A DNA stretch of 56,700 nt, taken from positions 1 to 56,700 of the IMG/VR virus record IMGVR_UViG_3300037153_000087, one strand, 5' to 3'. The position numbers were made by a program, and so were the translations under genes. How positions within the stretch are numbered: position 1 is the stretch's first letter; each line of letters opens with the position of its first letter. Positions 8,937-16,693 of this stretch are shown one piece after another. A model generated the notes under the pieces. That model had not been told where the DNA came from, searched no databases, and saw only the letters and a program-made list of their open reading frames with translations. Source of the stretch: a virus (Duplodnaviria; Caudoviricetes).

Positions 8937-9110
8937 TTGAAGATCGTCAAAGTCACCGTCCTCGTCGAGGTTGACGACGCCTGCACCGACCCCGTAGAGG
9001 TCGCGCTGAACCTGCTCGACGAGCTGACCGAGAGCGCCAACAAGGGCGGCACCGACGAGCACGTCCTGGGCGTCGGGTTCGAGAACAAGGGCGAGGTCGT
9101 CGACTCGTAG
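8937..9110 (+). CDS. Small acidic hypothetical protein
   Basis: TTG start with RBS; hairpin downstream. Confidence 0.6.
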   Translation: MKIVKVTVLVEVDDACTDPVEVALNLLDELTESANKGGTDEHVLGVGFENKGEVVDS

Positions 9111-9153
9111 TCAACCGGGGGCTTCGGCCCCCCTATCCTCCCAAGGAGAGCAA

Positions 9154-9516
9154 ATGCTCGACCTGATCTGGAAAGTCCGAGGGTTCGTGCTGGCCTGCCT
9201 GGCTGGCGCGCTGGTCGCCCTGCTCGTCTCGTGTGGCGCTGGGGGCAACCCTGGTCCGACCGACGAGCCCAAGCCGGAGTGCACCCCCGGCAAGATCGTC
9301 GAGATCGTGGACTCGACCAAGAAGGAAGCCGAGGCTGGCAACGCGGTGGCGTTCAAGCTGACACAGTGCGGAACCCGCAAGCTCAAGCGTCAGCCGATCT
9401 CCGAGGAGGTCTGGCTCAACAACGCGAACTGCGACGTCGGTAGGTTCTACCCCAAGTGCGTCAACGACTGGGGCGAGCCGGGCATCCGACTCCCGTCCGA
9501 CCCTGCTGAAGGCTGA
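9154..9516 (+). CDS. Putative lipoprotein
   Basis: Hydrophobic signal ending LVS-C; AAGGAG RBS. Confidence 0.65.
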   Translation: MLDLIWKVRGFVLACLAGALVALLVSCGAGGNPGPTDEPKPECTPGKIVEIVDSTKKEAEAGNAVAFKLTQCGTRKLKRQPISEEVWLNNANCDVGRFYPKCVNDWGEPGIRLPSDPAEG

Positions 9517-9540
9517 ACCCTCGTGCCCCCGTGTTGCGAC

Positions 9541-9617
9541 TTGACACGGGGGCACGCTTGTGGTTTAATTGTAATTAGAGGGGGCCGCTGGGGTCCCCCC
9601 TTCCGAAGGAGCCGGAA
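9541..9617 (+). promoter_or_regulatory. Class-1 promoter cassette
   Basis: TTGACA-N17-TTTAAT; G/C hairpin; GAAGGAG. Confidence 0.75.
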
Positions 9618-9794
9618 ATGGCCAAGATCGACACCTCCCGCTACGTCGCCTCACACGGCAGCGAGCCCAAGCCGGGTCAGTTCGGCCAGTGGATCCTCGA
9701 AAACGCGAGCGGGTCGCGCTCGATCTCCCGTACCTGCTACTGGCGTCAGCTCAAGGCGATGAAGCTCGAATTCGAGTGGTTCCTCAAGCCGTAA
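9618..9794 (+). CDS. Small hypothetical protein (58 aa; not in the ORF track)
   Basis: MAKIDTSRYVASHGSEPKPG...; strong RBS. Confidence 0.7.
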   Translation: MAKIDTSRYVASHGSEPKPGQFGQWILENASGSRSISRTCYWRQLKAMKLEFEWFLKP

Positions 9795-9829
9795 CGCCAC
9801 CCTCCCCACGAGAAGACAGGAGTCACCCA

Positions 9830-10021
9830 ATGCCTCGCCTGGACCGACCCCGGTACGAGCCGGAATACCGCGAATACGAGCTTCGGGTCGTGGTTCGCGT
9901 GCACCGGTCGATGCCGGAAGACAACGACCCCGCGCTGGTGGTCGAGCTGCTCAAGGACATCCGTCACCTGGCGTCTGGCGACGTCGTTACAATCGAAGCA
10001 AACCGAAAGGTCGAAGACTGA
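9830..10021 (+). CDS. Hypothetical protein
   Basis: AGGAG RBS; TGATG coupling to the next gene. Confidence 0.6.
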   Translation: MPRLDRPRYEPEYREYELRVVVRVHRSMPEDNDPALVVELLKDIRHLASGDVVTIEANRKVED

Positions 10022-10413
10022 TGGCAACCTTCCGCTTCTCCGTCGAGATCGGCACCGACGACGACCAGGTCGACCCGGCTGTCGCCGAGTCCCGGATCCG
10101 CGCGCTGCGCGAGTGGCTGATGCAGGCCCCCGTGCGCGACCTGGGCACCCTGTTCGTGTCGGACGTCGAGATCAACCCGACCGCCGTCAGCGACCCGCAC
10201 CCCGTGATGGTCACCCAAGCCGGGTTCGGGCTGTTGAAGCCCGAGAACGTCGCCAAGGCCCTGTTCACCGTCTGGGGTTACTGCCCCAAGGTCGAATCGA
10301 TCACCCCCGCGTCGAACGGCGTGTGGCTGGTCCCGGTCCCCCTCAACATCCTCGCGTCCGAGCAGTACGAGTGGATCGGACCTGACAGCATCCGGGTGAT
10401 GGTCTCCTCCTAG
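10021..10413 (+). CDS. Hypothetical protein
   Basis: Coupled ORF, high GC3. Confidence 0.7.
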   Translation: MATFRFSVEIGTDDDQVDPAVAESRIRALREWLMQAPVRDLGTLFVSDVEINPTAVSDPHPVMVTQAGFGLLKPENVAKALFTVWGYCPKVESITPASNGVWLVPVPLNILASEQYEWIGPDSIRVMVSS

Positions 10414-10450
10414 CCCCCAACTTGCCCCCGTGCCAGGCCCATTAGGGTAC

Positions 10451-10529
10451 TTGACACGGGGGCAAGTCTGTGATTTAATGGAATTAGAGCGAGGGGGGCG
10501 GTTCCCCCTCCCGAGTCAAGGAGCTTCAA
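10451..10529 (+). promoter_or_regulatory. Class-1 promoter cassette
   Basis: TTGACA-N17-TTTAAT; hairpin; AAGGAG. Confidence 0.75.
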
Positions 10530-10910
10530 ATGGCCTCTCGCATCGCGACCCTCACCCTCCGCGTGAAGTACGACACGGACACGGTCCTGAACCCCGCGCA
10601 CCTGATCGGTGGGACGATCGACGAGATCCTGAGCTGGAACGCCGAGACCGACAACAAGCGGCTCGGCATCCGGTTCGAGTGCAGCGACGCCGAGTACGAG
10701 GACGCTGCCCAGGCCGCTCGGCGCGAGGCCCTGATGCTGACCGGTCTCTACCTCGACGCTGCCGCCGCTGGCGACTGCACCTCGCTCACCGACCTGGTAT
10801 TCGAGGCGGTCAAGACCTGGTGCGCGGAGGAGGGCCTCGACGACACGTTCAAGGCGTTCCTGACGCTCCAGCGCGAGGCGATGGCCGCTGGCTTCGGCCA
10901 GACCAAGTAG
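10530..10910 (+). CDS. Hypothetical acidic protein
   Basis: RBS plus ATG; hairpin downstream. Confidence 0.75.
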   Translation: MASRIATLTLRVKYDTDTVLNPAHLIGGTIDEILSWNAETDNKRLGIRFECSDAEYEDAAQAARREALMLTGLYLDAAAAGDCTSLTDLVFEAVKTWCAEEGLDDTFKAFLTLQREAMAAGFGQTK

Positions 10911-10970
10911 GCAACACGGGGGGTGTCCGACCTGGGCACCCCCTCCCCCTTCTATCAAGGCGAGGACAAC

Positions 10971-11111
10971 ATGCCGAAGGTGACGATCACCTACACCAAG
11001 GAATCCGGCAAGGCGACGTCGGTCCGCGTGGTCCCCGAGGCCGAGGCGCGCGAACTCGAAGACCTCCCGTTCACGAGCAACGACGTCGTGTCGGTGAAGG
11101 TCGAGGGCTGA
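10971..11111 (+). CDS. Small hypothetical protein
   Basis: GAGGA RBS; MPKVTITY... Confidence 0.6.
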   Translation: MPKVTITYTKESGKATSVRVVPEAEARELEDLPFTSNDVVSVKVEG

Positions 11112-11114
11112 GCC

Positions 11115-11360
11115 GTGAGCACCTACGGAACCAAGGGTGGCGACGGTGCAAGCCTGAACCCCGGCAGGCCGATCAAGCACACCCAGCCCGTGTGCGGCAA
11201 CATCACGTATGTCCAGGGTCAGATTAGGTGTGGCGCGTGCGGGTCGAGCACCCCCATCAAGGGGCGCGAAGGCCAGGAGATTAAGGGCGCGCGAGTCACG
11301 TGCGGGACCTGTAAGACCGTCAACATCTGGACCCTCCTCCGGTTCATTCCCAACAACTAG
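11115..11360 (+). CDS. Small zinc-ribbon protein
   Basis: H...C, CGAC and CGTC motifs. Confidence 0.6.
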   Translation: MSTYGTKGGDGASLNPGRPIKHTQPVCGNITYVQGQIRCGACGSSTPIKGREGQEIKGARVTCGTCKTVNIWTLLRFIPNN

Positions 11361-11375
11361 AAAGGCACTCCTCCC

Positions 11376-11552
11376 ATGACGCGCAGCCAGGCAAACCGCC
11401 TCATCGCCGCAAAGCGCGGAGGCGCGATCCTGAAGGCTCCGAACGGGCTCCAGGTCGCCCACAAGCCGAGGTTCACCAACGACGACCACCCGTGGGAAGA
11501 CGAGAACGGGCACCGTTGGGAGTCGAAGCGGATCGTGGCGCGAGTCCCGTAG
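11376..11552 (+). CDS. Small hypothetical protein (58 aa; not in the ORF track)
   Basis: GAAAGG RBS; MTRSQANRLIAAKRGG... Confidence 0.55.
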   Translation: MTRSQANRLIAAKRGGAILKAPNGLQVAHKPRFTNDDHPWEDENGHRWESKRIVARVP

Positions 11553-11591
11553 CCGTTATCAAGCCGTGATCTCCGGACCCCCGCGTTGAAC

Positions 11592-11668
11592 TTGACGTCG
11601 GGGGTCCAAACATGATTTAATAAAATTACGAACGAGGGGGGCGGTCCCCCAGACGAGAGGAGCTCGAA
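11592..11668 (+). promoter_or_regulatory. Class-1 promoter cassette
   Basis: TTGACG-N18-TTTAAT; CATGATTTAATAAAATTACGAACGAGGGGGG identical to the 8300 copy. Confidence 0.75.
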
Positions 11669-11806
11669 ATGCTGAAGGGCAAGTGCATCCGCGAGGGTTG
11701 TGGCGAGGTTGTCGACTTCGGTGACATCGAGGTCGTCGGCGAGGGTTTCGTCTGCAGCCTGATCTGCGAGGGCATCGTCAACGGGACGATCGAGGTCGTC
11801 AACTAG
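11669..11806 (+). CDS. Small 4-Cys protein (45 aa; not in the ORF track)
   Basis: C....C ... CS..C; GAGGAG RBS. Confidence 0.65.
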   Translation: MLKGKCIREGCGEVVDFGDIEVVGEGFVCSLICEGIVNGTIEVVN

Positions 11807-11834
11807 CCCCCCCAAGAGGCCCCCTCCGGAAACA

Positions 11835-11912
11835 TTGACGGAGGGGGCCTTCGCATGATTTAATTTTATTAGAGGGGGGCGGTCGGCCCCCCCGCCCTCG
11901 AAGGAGCTCGAA
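11835..11912 (+). promoter_or_regulatory. Class-1 promoter cassette
   Basis: TTGACG-N18-TTTAAT; hairpin; GAAGGAGCTCGAA-ATG. Confidence 0.75.
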
Positions 11913-12164
11913 ATGCAGAACTTCCACCGTCCCGTTTCCCTCGTCGGCAACGCGCGCTTCGCTCGCCTGCACCGCGAGGACGTCGGGCACTGGGTCTTCA
12001 AGCACATCGAAACGGGCGTCGGCTTCGAGTTCGACGGCCAGTACGGCGAGGCGATGGCCGCCCTGGAGATGGACTTCTTCGAGCAGGGCCTGCCCGAGGG
12101 CGTGTACGAGCTGGACCTCCGCGATGACCGCGTCAAGGACCCCACGAACCTTTACGACATCTGA
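11913..12164 (+). CDS. Hypothetical acidic protein
   Basis: Strong RBS; followed by a gagcccccg...cgggggctc hairpin (~12173-12205). Confidence 0.75.
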   Translation: MQNFHRPVSLVGNARFARLHREDVGHWVFKHIETGVGFEFDGQYGEAMAALEMDFFEQGLPEGVYELDLRDDRVKDPTNLYDI

Positions 12165-12211
12165 GCACAGAAGAGCCCCCGACTCCGATTCAGGAGCGGG
12201 GGCTCAGCTAT

Positions 12212-12309
12212 GTAGCCAGGGGGGTAGCCATCCCCATCGCCCAGGCGTCCGCCGAATGCCTACGGAAACCCTGCGGGCTAGGGGGGTGGCTATACTGCGG
12301 GCTACCCCC
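12212..12309. repeat. 12-bp-periodic TAGCC/GGCTA repeats, candidate clt (TraB recognition) locus
   Basis: CTGCGGGCTA at 12271 and 12295, GGGGTGGCTA at 12283, inverted GTAGCCA at 12212 and 12224; immediately 3' of the traB-like gene. Confidence 0.45.
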
Positions 12310-12326
12310 TCTGACCGGCCAGGCTG

Positions 12327-14090
12327 TCATTCCGGAGGGCTCACGAGCGGCACCAGCTCTCTGGGGTCCGGAGTGGCCAGACGGTAGGTACCCGCCTGGT
12401 CATCCCGGATGATCTCGATCCCCTTCCGGTTGCGCAGCCGCTTGATGGCGTCGTAAACCTGCTTGGTCTCCAGCCGAAGACCCGTTTCGATCTCCTGCCG
12501 AGTGACCTCGTCCCGGTGCCGGAGCAGGTTCAGAACCCGAGTGTCAACCGTCAGCGGAACGCCACCCTCCCCCCAGGGAGAACCATCAAGCCCGACCTTG
12601 TAGTCGGCCAGCCTGGCGACCTCGCTGGCCAGGTCGGAGTCACTGATGTACGGTGCCTTCCGGGGGATCGGCTTGCGGTATTCCTCGTTGCGGATCAGGT
12701 ACTCGCCAGGCCCAGCCAGCAACGTGTTGGGGTCCCAGCCCTTAGACTTCCAGTCCTGGCCGAACGCGTATTGCGCGTGGGCTGCCTCCTCCAGCCGCGT
12801 GCAGATCCGGTTCTTGTAGTTGGTCCGGCTGTCCGTGCTCCCGCCGAAGGCCGCAGCGCTGGGTGCCTGGGTCGCCTCTAGCAGGTAGACGCCGAACGCG
12901 CGATAGAGCCGCGACGCCTCCGCGTTCAGCTCCGGCAACGTCGGTAGACCGTCTACCTTCCACTTCTTCGAGGTCAGCTCGGCCATCTCGTCGACCACCA
13001 GTAGGATGTACGGGCCAAACTCCTCGTCCCAGCTCCGGATACCCTCCCGGTTCATGATCTCCGACCGCCTGTCGGTCTCCTGGTCGAGCCAGTCGAAAAC
13101 GTCGCGAGCCTGGTACCCGTCCTTGGCCAGGGTGACCATCAGCGGGCTGACCGGAGCCAGCTCCACCCCCTTCTTCATGTCGATCCCCAACACCGCCATA
13201 CCCCGCTGGACCGCAGCGAGAATGAACTGGTTGGTGATGTTCGACTTGCCGTTGCCGCTCGTCCCGAGGACCAGCGTGTGACGGTCGAGCAGCTTCACGA
13301 GCGTGGCCGCGTCGTCCTCGTCGGGACCGAGGTAGACGGGGTCGGACAGGTCTCCAGCCGTGTCGGGCACGTACGCGATGACGCTCTCGAACGTGCGCTT
13401 AGCGGTGTACTTGACGATGAGCTGGTTGTCGGCCACACCGTCTTCGAGCGCGTACTTGCCAGTCCCCGCGAGGGCACCCGCGACCCTGCCCCAGTTGAGC
13501 CGGAGCTTGGCCCGATCGAGGCCAGGAGGGCAGGCGAGAACCATGCGGTAGCCGTTCTTGATCGGCTCCACGAACACGCCCAGAAGCTCCTGCTTGAACA
13601 GCTCCCAGACCGCCGTACGGATGGCCGTCTCCTCCTGCGTGTGACCCGTCAGCATGGGCTGGTACTCGGGCGTGAGCCGCTTTTCGAGCGTGAGCAGCGC
13701 GGTTTGCGCGCGGATCTCGCCGATGGCGTAGCGCTGGAGCTTGATCTTCTTGTCGAGGTCCTTCGTGGACGAGTGGTGCTCGAACCACAACCGCATCCCG
13801 AACGCGCTGGCCGAAGCTGCCAGCCAGGCCCAGAGGCTGACCACATCGACACCGAACCAGGTCACCGCCCCCGCATAGGCGAAAGCTCCGGCAAACCCGA
13901 ATGCGACTGGCCAACCCTTCTTAAACCCGATATAGGTGGCTCCAGCCGCAGCCGCGTACCCCAACATGGCCATGCCCTCCGGATTCGGAGAGTTGATGTG
14001 CATGGCGAGACCCGCCGACAGGATGAGTGTCGACGGGCCAATGGAGTACCCGACCCTCTTCAGGGCCTGGAACCTCGCCTCTCTGGTCAC
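12327..14090 (-). CDS. FtsK/SpoIIIE-family DNA translocase, TraB-like
   Basis: N-terminal TM helices; Walker A GTSGNGKS; IDMKKGVEL; Walker B LVVDE; ATQ.P; C-terminal winged helix. Confidence 0.85.
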   Translation of the reverse strand: MTREARFQALKRVGYSIGPSTLILSAGLAMHINSPNPEGMAMLGYAAAAGATYIGFKKGWPVAFGFAGAFAYAGAVTWFGVDVVSLWAWLAASASAFGMRLWFEHHSSTKDLDKKIKLQRYAIGEIRAQTALLTLEKRLTPEYQPMLTGHTQEETAIRTAVWELFKQELLGVFVEPIKNGYRMVLACPPGLDRAKLRLNWGRVAGALAGTGKYALEDGVADNQLIVKYTAKRTFESVIAYVPDTAGDLSDPVYLGPDEDDAATLVKLLDRHTLVLGTSGNGKSNITNQFILAAVQRGMAVLGIDMKKGVELAPVSPLMVTLAKDGYQARDVFDWLDQETDRRSEIMNREGIRSWDEEFGPYILLVVDEMAELTSKKWKVDGLPTLPELNAEASRLYRAFGVYLLEATQAPSAAAFGGSTDSRTNYKNRICTRLEEAAHAQYAFGQDWKSKGWDPNTLLAGPGEYLIRNEEYRKPIPRKAPYISDSDLASEVARLADYKVGLDGSPWGEGGVPLTVDTRVLNLLRHRDEVTRQEIETGLRLETKQVYDAIKRLRNRKGIEIIRDDQAGTYRLATPDPRELVPLVSPPE

Positions 14091-14983
14091 GGCGTGTTGA
14101 CACCGCCCTTCTTGATCTCACGTCGGATGGCCGCCTCCAGCGACCCCCGGTTGACGTCCGGACGCTCGGTCACGATCGTGTTGAAAACCAAGTCCTTGGG
14201 AGCACCCTGGGCGAGCAGCTCGCGAACACGCTCGGCCATGCTCGGCGAGCTGCTCGAGCCGTTCGAGCCCGTGTTCGGGCCGGTGAGAACGCTGGTGTTC
14301 GGCTGCTCGACGAGCTGCTCGGTGTGCTCGTTCGAGCTGCTCGCGAGCTGCTCGGCACCCCACACGTCGCGCCTGCTCGCCTCGATCGCGAGCTTGAGGG
14401 CAACCGCCTGGTCGTCGGCCATGGCCACCTTGCGCAGGACCTCCGCGACAGCGAGCTGAGCGTGGGCCTTGCTGACCACCGCATTGACCCAAGCCTCGTG
14501 CTCAGGGTCGAGGTCCCGGTCGACGAACTTCATGATCGCGAGCCACAGGACCTTGGCGAACAGGCTGACAGCGGCACCGACGACGGCCAACGGGATGTTG
14601 TCAAGCACCACCCCATGCCAGCCGATGAAGAACATCGTGACGACGAGCAGAGCCCAGCCGAGGTTGCGCGGGAACCCGCGCTTCTTGGGGTCGAAGCGTG
14701 CCTTCCACTCCAGGATGAGGCAGATCGCCCAACTGATGTCGAACAGGAGAGCAGCCAGGAACCCGACGCCTCCGCCGAGAAGTTGGCCGATACTGACGGT
14801 CGACCAGGTGATCGCGATGAGCGTGAGGATGCCGACCAGACCGAACGCAAGACGCGTGGCCAGCTCGTCCCAGTTGCGCGGGATGATGGGGATCTTCTCG
14901 GTCTCCGTGACCATGACGGTCTCGGTACGGTCACCGATCGTAACTTCCTTGGGTACCTGCACGGTACGGACGTTGAACTTCAT
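14087..14983 (-). CDS. SpdB-like plasmid spread/transfer membrane protein
   Basis: PR.WD, WST.SIG.LL, FD..W...L..EW..R motifs; 4 TM helices, coiled coil and HTH-like tail; coupled to the traB-like gene. Confidence 0.65.
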   Translation of the reverse strand: MKFNVRTVQVPKEVTIGDRTETVMVTETEKIPIIPRNWDELATRLAFGLVGILTLIAITWSTVSIGQLLGGGVGFLAALLFDISWAICLILEWKARFDPKKRGFPRNLGWALLVVTMFFIGWHGVVLDNIPLAVVGAAVSLFAKVLWLAIMKFVDRDLDPEHEAWVNAVVSKAHAQLAVAEVLRKVAMADDQAVALKLAIEASRRDVWGAEQLASSSNEHTEQLVEQPNTSVLTGPNTGSNGSSSSPSMAERVRELLAQGAPKDLVFNTIVTERPDVNRGSLEAAIRREIKKGGVNTP

Positions 14984-15037
14984 GAGGACCTCGCCTGTCG
15001 CTTGGCCAGCAACTCCGTTGCTGGGAGGGAAGAACCT

Positions 15038-15153
15038 ATCTTATCATGGGATCTGTCCGCGTGTCAAGTATTAACTACGGACCGTTACGGTGTGACGGGA
15101 GTGACTACGCGTCGTAGCAGGACTTGCCAGGGTGTCACGCCTCATGATAAGAT
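15038..15153. promoter_or_regulatory. Divergent class-2 promoter pair with a central palindrome
   Basis: Minus TTGACA-N18-TAAGAT (15067-15038); plus TTGCCA-N18-TAAGAT (15124-15153); ACCGTTACGGT at 15081. Confidence 0.7.
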
Positions 15154-15184
15154 CGTAGCACAACGACAGAAAGGGGCTCCTACG

Positions 15185-15544
15185 ATGGGACGTCCTCAGA
15201 CCAAGGCCCGACTGCTCGCGTTCTTCGACAAGCGGATCGGCCAGGTCGTCACCCTCGACGAACTCCAGCGCGAGTTCCCCGACCTGACCTCGGACCAGCT
15301 CCGGGTGGGCGTCGGCAACCTGCGCAACTCCCCCTCGAACGAGTCGGGTGGATTCGACATGAAGACCTCTCTTCAGGTCGTCGCCCGTGGGAACGCCTGG
15401 ACCTGGCGACCCGTTCAGGCCCTCACCGCCACCTCCCCCCAGGAAAGCCAGAAGCGTTGCTTCGAGGAGGTCGGCCAGACCCGCGACGGGTCGATGATCA
15501 TCCAGGCCGACGACGGCACGCTGTGGAAGGCGGTTGAGCTGTGA
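15185..15544 (+). CDS. Hypothetical protein, possible winged-helix DNA-binding protein
   Basis: LLAFF....GQVVTLDEL...L...Q....V.NLR pattern; GAAAGGGG RBS. Confidence 0.6.
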   Translation: MGRPQTKARLLAFFDKRIGQVVTLDELQREFPDLTSDQLRVGVGNLRNSPSNESGGFDMKTSLQVVARGNAWTWRPVQALTATSPQESQKRCFEEVGQTRDGSMIIQADDGTLWKAVEL

Positions 15545-15879
15545 GACTGCGGACCCTGTCCGCGACGCTGGTGGCTGGCGCGTTTGCGCTGGCCGCCTGC
15601 GGCGGACCCTCGACCGGGACCGTGACCGACAAGCGCTACTCGCCCGGTTACGTGATCTACCACCCCGGACACTTCACGACGGTCTGCGCGTCGTTCAACG
15701 CCAAGGGCATGTGCACCTCGCGCTACCAGGTGTGGACGGCTGGCTGGACCCAATGGGTTCCCGACTCCTGGAAGCTCCAACTTCGCAATGGCGAGGATGA
15801 GGGCTGGACGTCGGTACCCGAATCGAACTGGCAGGCTTGCACGGTCGGCCAGACTTACGACGGAGGTCGATGTGGCTAG
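15541..15879 (+). CDS. Putative lipoprotein
   Basis: Lipobox LAA-C; GTVTDK.Y.P and W....VG..Y motifs. Confidence 0.7.
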   Translation: MRLRTLSATLVAGAFALAACGGPSTGTVTDKRYSPGYVIYHPGHFTTVCASFNAKGMCTSRYQVWTAGWTQWVPDSWKLQLRNGEDEGWTSVPESNWQACTVGQTYDGGRCG

Positions 15880-16243
15880 GAGTCGGCGCGAGGTCGAGCA
15901 GCAGATTCGCGACCTCCAGAAATACCTCGAAGGTCTGCCCCCGCGACCCGACGAGCCGTGCAAGGGTTGGCGCGACGACAACCCGCTGAGCCCGATGTGT
16001 GTGCGGTTCAAGCTCCGACCCGGCAAGGATCGGTCGGTGTACCAGTACGTGGCGATGCGCGTCCGAGAACTCTGGTGGGTCACGGGCGACACCGCTCCGA
16101 GTGAGATCAACTGGGAGCAGCTCTGGGACTGGATCGAGCGTTGCGGGGGCCTGGTCGACGGTCCGATGGAATACTCGACCAACTGGACCTCCGTCACCTA
16201 CTCGACGACCGAGCCTCCCCCCGACGTAACCGTCTACAAGTAA
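15872..16243 (+). CDS. Hypothetical protein
   Basis: GGAGG RBS; Y.Y.A.R....WWVTG....W..L..W motif. Confidence 0.65.
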   Translation: MARSRREVEQQIRDLQKYLEGLPPRPDEPCKGWRDDNPLSPMCVRFKLRPGKDRSVYQYVAMRVRELWWVTGDTAPSEINWEQLWDWIERCGGLVDGPMEYSTNWTSVTYSTTEPPPDVTVYK

Positions 16244-16256
16244 CCGAGGAGTCATC

Positions 16257-16487
16257 GTGACCTTCCGTTCCTCCCGCAAGGCCGACACCGGTCTGTTCCT
16301 GTCTGTAATCCTGCTGGCGGGTGCCTGGGCGTTGTCCGCCTGGGTGCTGATGCTGGTCATCGGCAACTTCCACCACGCTGGGTTCCCCTTCCCCGCGATC
16401 GGGTTCTGGCAGACCTTCTGGGCCATGACCCCCCTGTACATCGGCAGTACGATCGTCGGAGTCGTCAAGGGCTTGTCCGGACGGTAG
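16257..16487 (+). CDS. Small membrane protein
   Basis: Two TM helices; PAIGFWQ. Confidence 0.7.
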   Translation: MTFRSSRKADTGLFLSVILLAGAWALSAWVLMLVIGNFHHAGFPFPAIGFWQTFWAMTPLYIGSTIVGVVKGLSGR

Positions 16488-16558
16488 CACCAGCTTGGCG
16501 GATCCTCCCGATCGGGGGCGAGGGTCCGCCTTACTGGCGAGATCGAAAGGAGTTCGAC

Positions 16559-16693
16559 ATGGCGCACAAGACCTGCCGGAGCCGAGGCTGCAAGTGCGTG
16601 TGGTACTATGCCGGATGGACCGGTGCGCGCAAGACCTGGAAGTGCGCGCGTTGCCCGCGTCACACGTTCAAGGCACCCCGAGGAGTCAAGTGA
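16559..16693 (+). CDS. Small Cys-rich basic protein (44 aa; not in the ORF track)
   Basis: AAAGGAG RBS; GTGA coupling to the nuclease. Confidence 0.6.
   Translation: MAHKTCRSRGCKCVWYYAGWTGARKTWKCARCPRHTFKAPRGVK

Noticed and set aside
7830-12164. Repeated intergenic motifs as a CRISPR or attC/integron array
   Set aside because: Repeats are degenerate, contain -35/-10/RBS elements and are separated by whole ORFs; no recombinase is present.
12327-14983. Inserted AICE/plasmid or assembly chimera
   Set aside because: No Rep, integrase or att repeats. The operon uses the phage promoter type and shows the same avoidance of G/C palindromes, indicating long residence.
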